A stretch of DNA of 64,000 nucleotides from Eledone cirrhosa. Taxonomy: Eukaryota. Location: NCBI GenBank assembly GCA_964016885.1, contig OZ024747.1:84072001-84136000 (forward strand), in the 5' to 3' direction. Shown one piece after another: positions 59,744 through 64,000 of the stretch (positions are counted from its first letter, which is position 1; each line of letters opens with the position of its first letter). The position numbers were made by a program, and so were the translations under genes. The notes beneath the pieces were generated by a model. It saw nothing but the letters and a program-made list of their open reading frames with translations. It was not told the origin of the DNA and did not search any database.

Positions 59744-59790
59744 TTTCTACAGGACTAGAACTGTTTCATTCGAAAGAAATCATCAGGAAA
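59744..59790 (-). ncRNA. type I hammerhead motif (family D, element ~59662-59790)
   Basis: tttc CTGATGA t ttc tttc gaa t GAAA cag ttctagtc ctg TA gaaa: stems I-III and GUA cleavage triplet. Confidence 0.65.
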
Positions 59791-59833
59791 TATATATATA
59801 TGCGTAGATAGCCGTCGTATATATATATATATA

Positions 59834-60000
59834 TACGACGGCCGTCTACGCAGTTTCCGTTTACCAAATTTCAAAGTATTGGTCCTCAAAGTATTGGTCA
59901 ACCCAAGGCTACAGTAGAAGACATGCGCAAGATGCCACGCTGGGAGAGTGAAGCCAAAACAACGTGGTTGTAAAGCGAACTCCTTAAACCTGCTGCCATA
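59834..60000 (-). mobile_element. decayed CORE-like tRNA SINE
   Basis: cagtttccgtttaccaaa..aaggctacagtagaagaca..caagatgccacgctggga; related fragment at ~40508-40580. Confidence 0.55.
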
Positions 60001-60871
60001 TTTGTCTGTATTTATCTATTTATCTCCCTTGATTGTCATGACTGTGTGTATCCGCAAATACATATGCACCAGGTCCGAACACAAAAGAAACCAAACTCCC
60101 ACTGTCACTGCCTCCGTCCCTCCGGCTCTCCCCATCTCTCACTATTATGGGCAAATGGGGGCCCACACGCAGAATATTTCAGTGACAAATTCCAACGCCA
60201 AATGGGTCTCACAAAAAGAGGAAAACATATATACCTAGTGCGGCCCCTCATTACTAGAGGCCCTCGTTACTGAGACCTTCGTTATTTGAGTCCCATGTTA
60301 CTTGAGGCCCTCGTTATTTGATGCCCTAAGCAAGTATTTATTTGCTTGCTGGTTAATTTAGATAGGGGTACCAGTAAAATGCTGAGGTATGGCTTATATC
60401 AATTTTCCCCGCATAGTTGGCCCTGTGCCATGGAGAAATAAATCTTTATTACTCTCACACTTGATGTTAACGCTTTTTTGTATTTTCCATCTCATCAACA
60501 TACTTGCTAACGTTATGTAAAACATTCTCCTACATTCTCGAAGATTCCCGAACATTCCCGAACATTCACGAACATTGCATGGAATGGGTTATTATTATTT
60601 TTATATATATATTTTGTCTTGTTATTTATTGCTACTATTGTTCTGTAATTGTAGTATTTTCTCTTAATTTTATTATTTCCTCTTTTATTTCTCTTTACTT
60701 TTCTTCTTCTTCTTCGTGTTATAGTTTCTTTTTAGTCATTTTTGTTCCTTCAATTTATTGCTTCTTATTGTTTATTGGTTTGTTTTGGGGGTTTATTTTT
60801 TTTTTTTTGGGGGGGGGGGGTTAATCAGTCGAAGACTATGTCAATGCATGTGTATGTAATGTTCGTGCCGC

Positions 60872-63480
<2,609 letters not shown>

Positions 63481-64000
63481 AGTGTAATTTTCTACACAAA
63501 ACGAAGGTTATAGAGAAAATTGAGGTTGGTAATGGCACATGGAATATATAAGAGCCAGAATACTTTTTTGTGAAAAAACATAATTTTATAAGGTAAGGAA
63601 ATAATAGAGGGTATAAAAAATGACCGGTTTCGATGGGTCTGCAAAAGCCATCTTTTCAAATGTTGATTAATATTAAGAAAAATTAATAATACGAAGAGTT
63701 AAAATTTGAGATTTGAAAATTCAAGTATAAAGTTCATTGTGGGATTTCATAGCAGTTTTCATCTAGGTAGCAACAACAGGTTGACTGCTGTGTCCCTTTC
63801 TGGTAGTGAATGAGAAGTTATTTGGGGTGTGGGTTATTTTATAAAGGTCAGATTTAGCAATCACCAACTGGCCAGCTGCTGGTCAGTGAGGGGGTGGAAG
63901 CAATATACATACACATATCTTCCTGTGGTGGGTAGGAAAGTGGAGCGTGATAGAAAGGGATTTAGTGCACTTACACCTATATATACACACACATACCTTC

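Overview
Gene-poor, AT-rich eukaryotic (animal) DNA dominated by microsatellites ((TA)n, (CA)n, (GA)n, (GATA)n, (ACAT)n, (ATT)n, (GAT)n, (CAC)n) and transposable elements. The repeat content suggests an octopus or other coleoid cephalopod (inference, not verified). No host gene is confidently identifiable, and most ORFs in the track are microsatellite translations. Real coding remnants are: a 5'-truncated but nearly intact Tx1/L1-clade LINE (17970-22562, minus) with several shorter relatives; a near full-length R4/Dong-type RT+RLE element (46698-~50660, minus); R4-like, RTE and CR1 fragments; and decayed Tc1/mariner and Tigger transposases. The main pattern is that retroelements appear partitioned by microsatellite target. 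One Tx1 group sits at (TATC)n and another at (ATT)n, Dong-like elements sit at (TAA)n, and a separate R4-like family sits at (ACAT)n. An abundant tRNA-derived SINE has a 3' tail resembling the Tx1 3' end, and its readable TSDs (11-17 bp) all begin (C)ATTATT, making it a candidate sequence-specific, Tx1-mobilised SINE. The window also holds a bipartite non-autonomous RTE family, several hammerhead-ribozyme motifs in Penelope-like repeats, and many fold-back duplications. All alignments and folds were read by eye.
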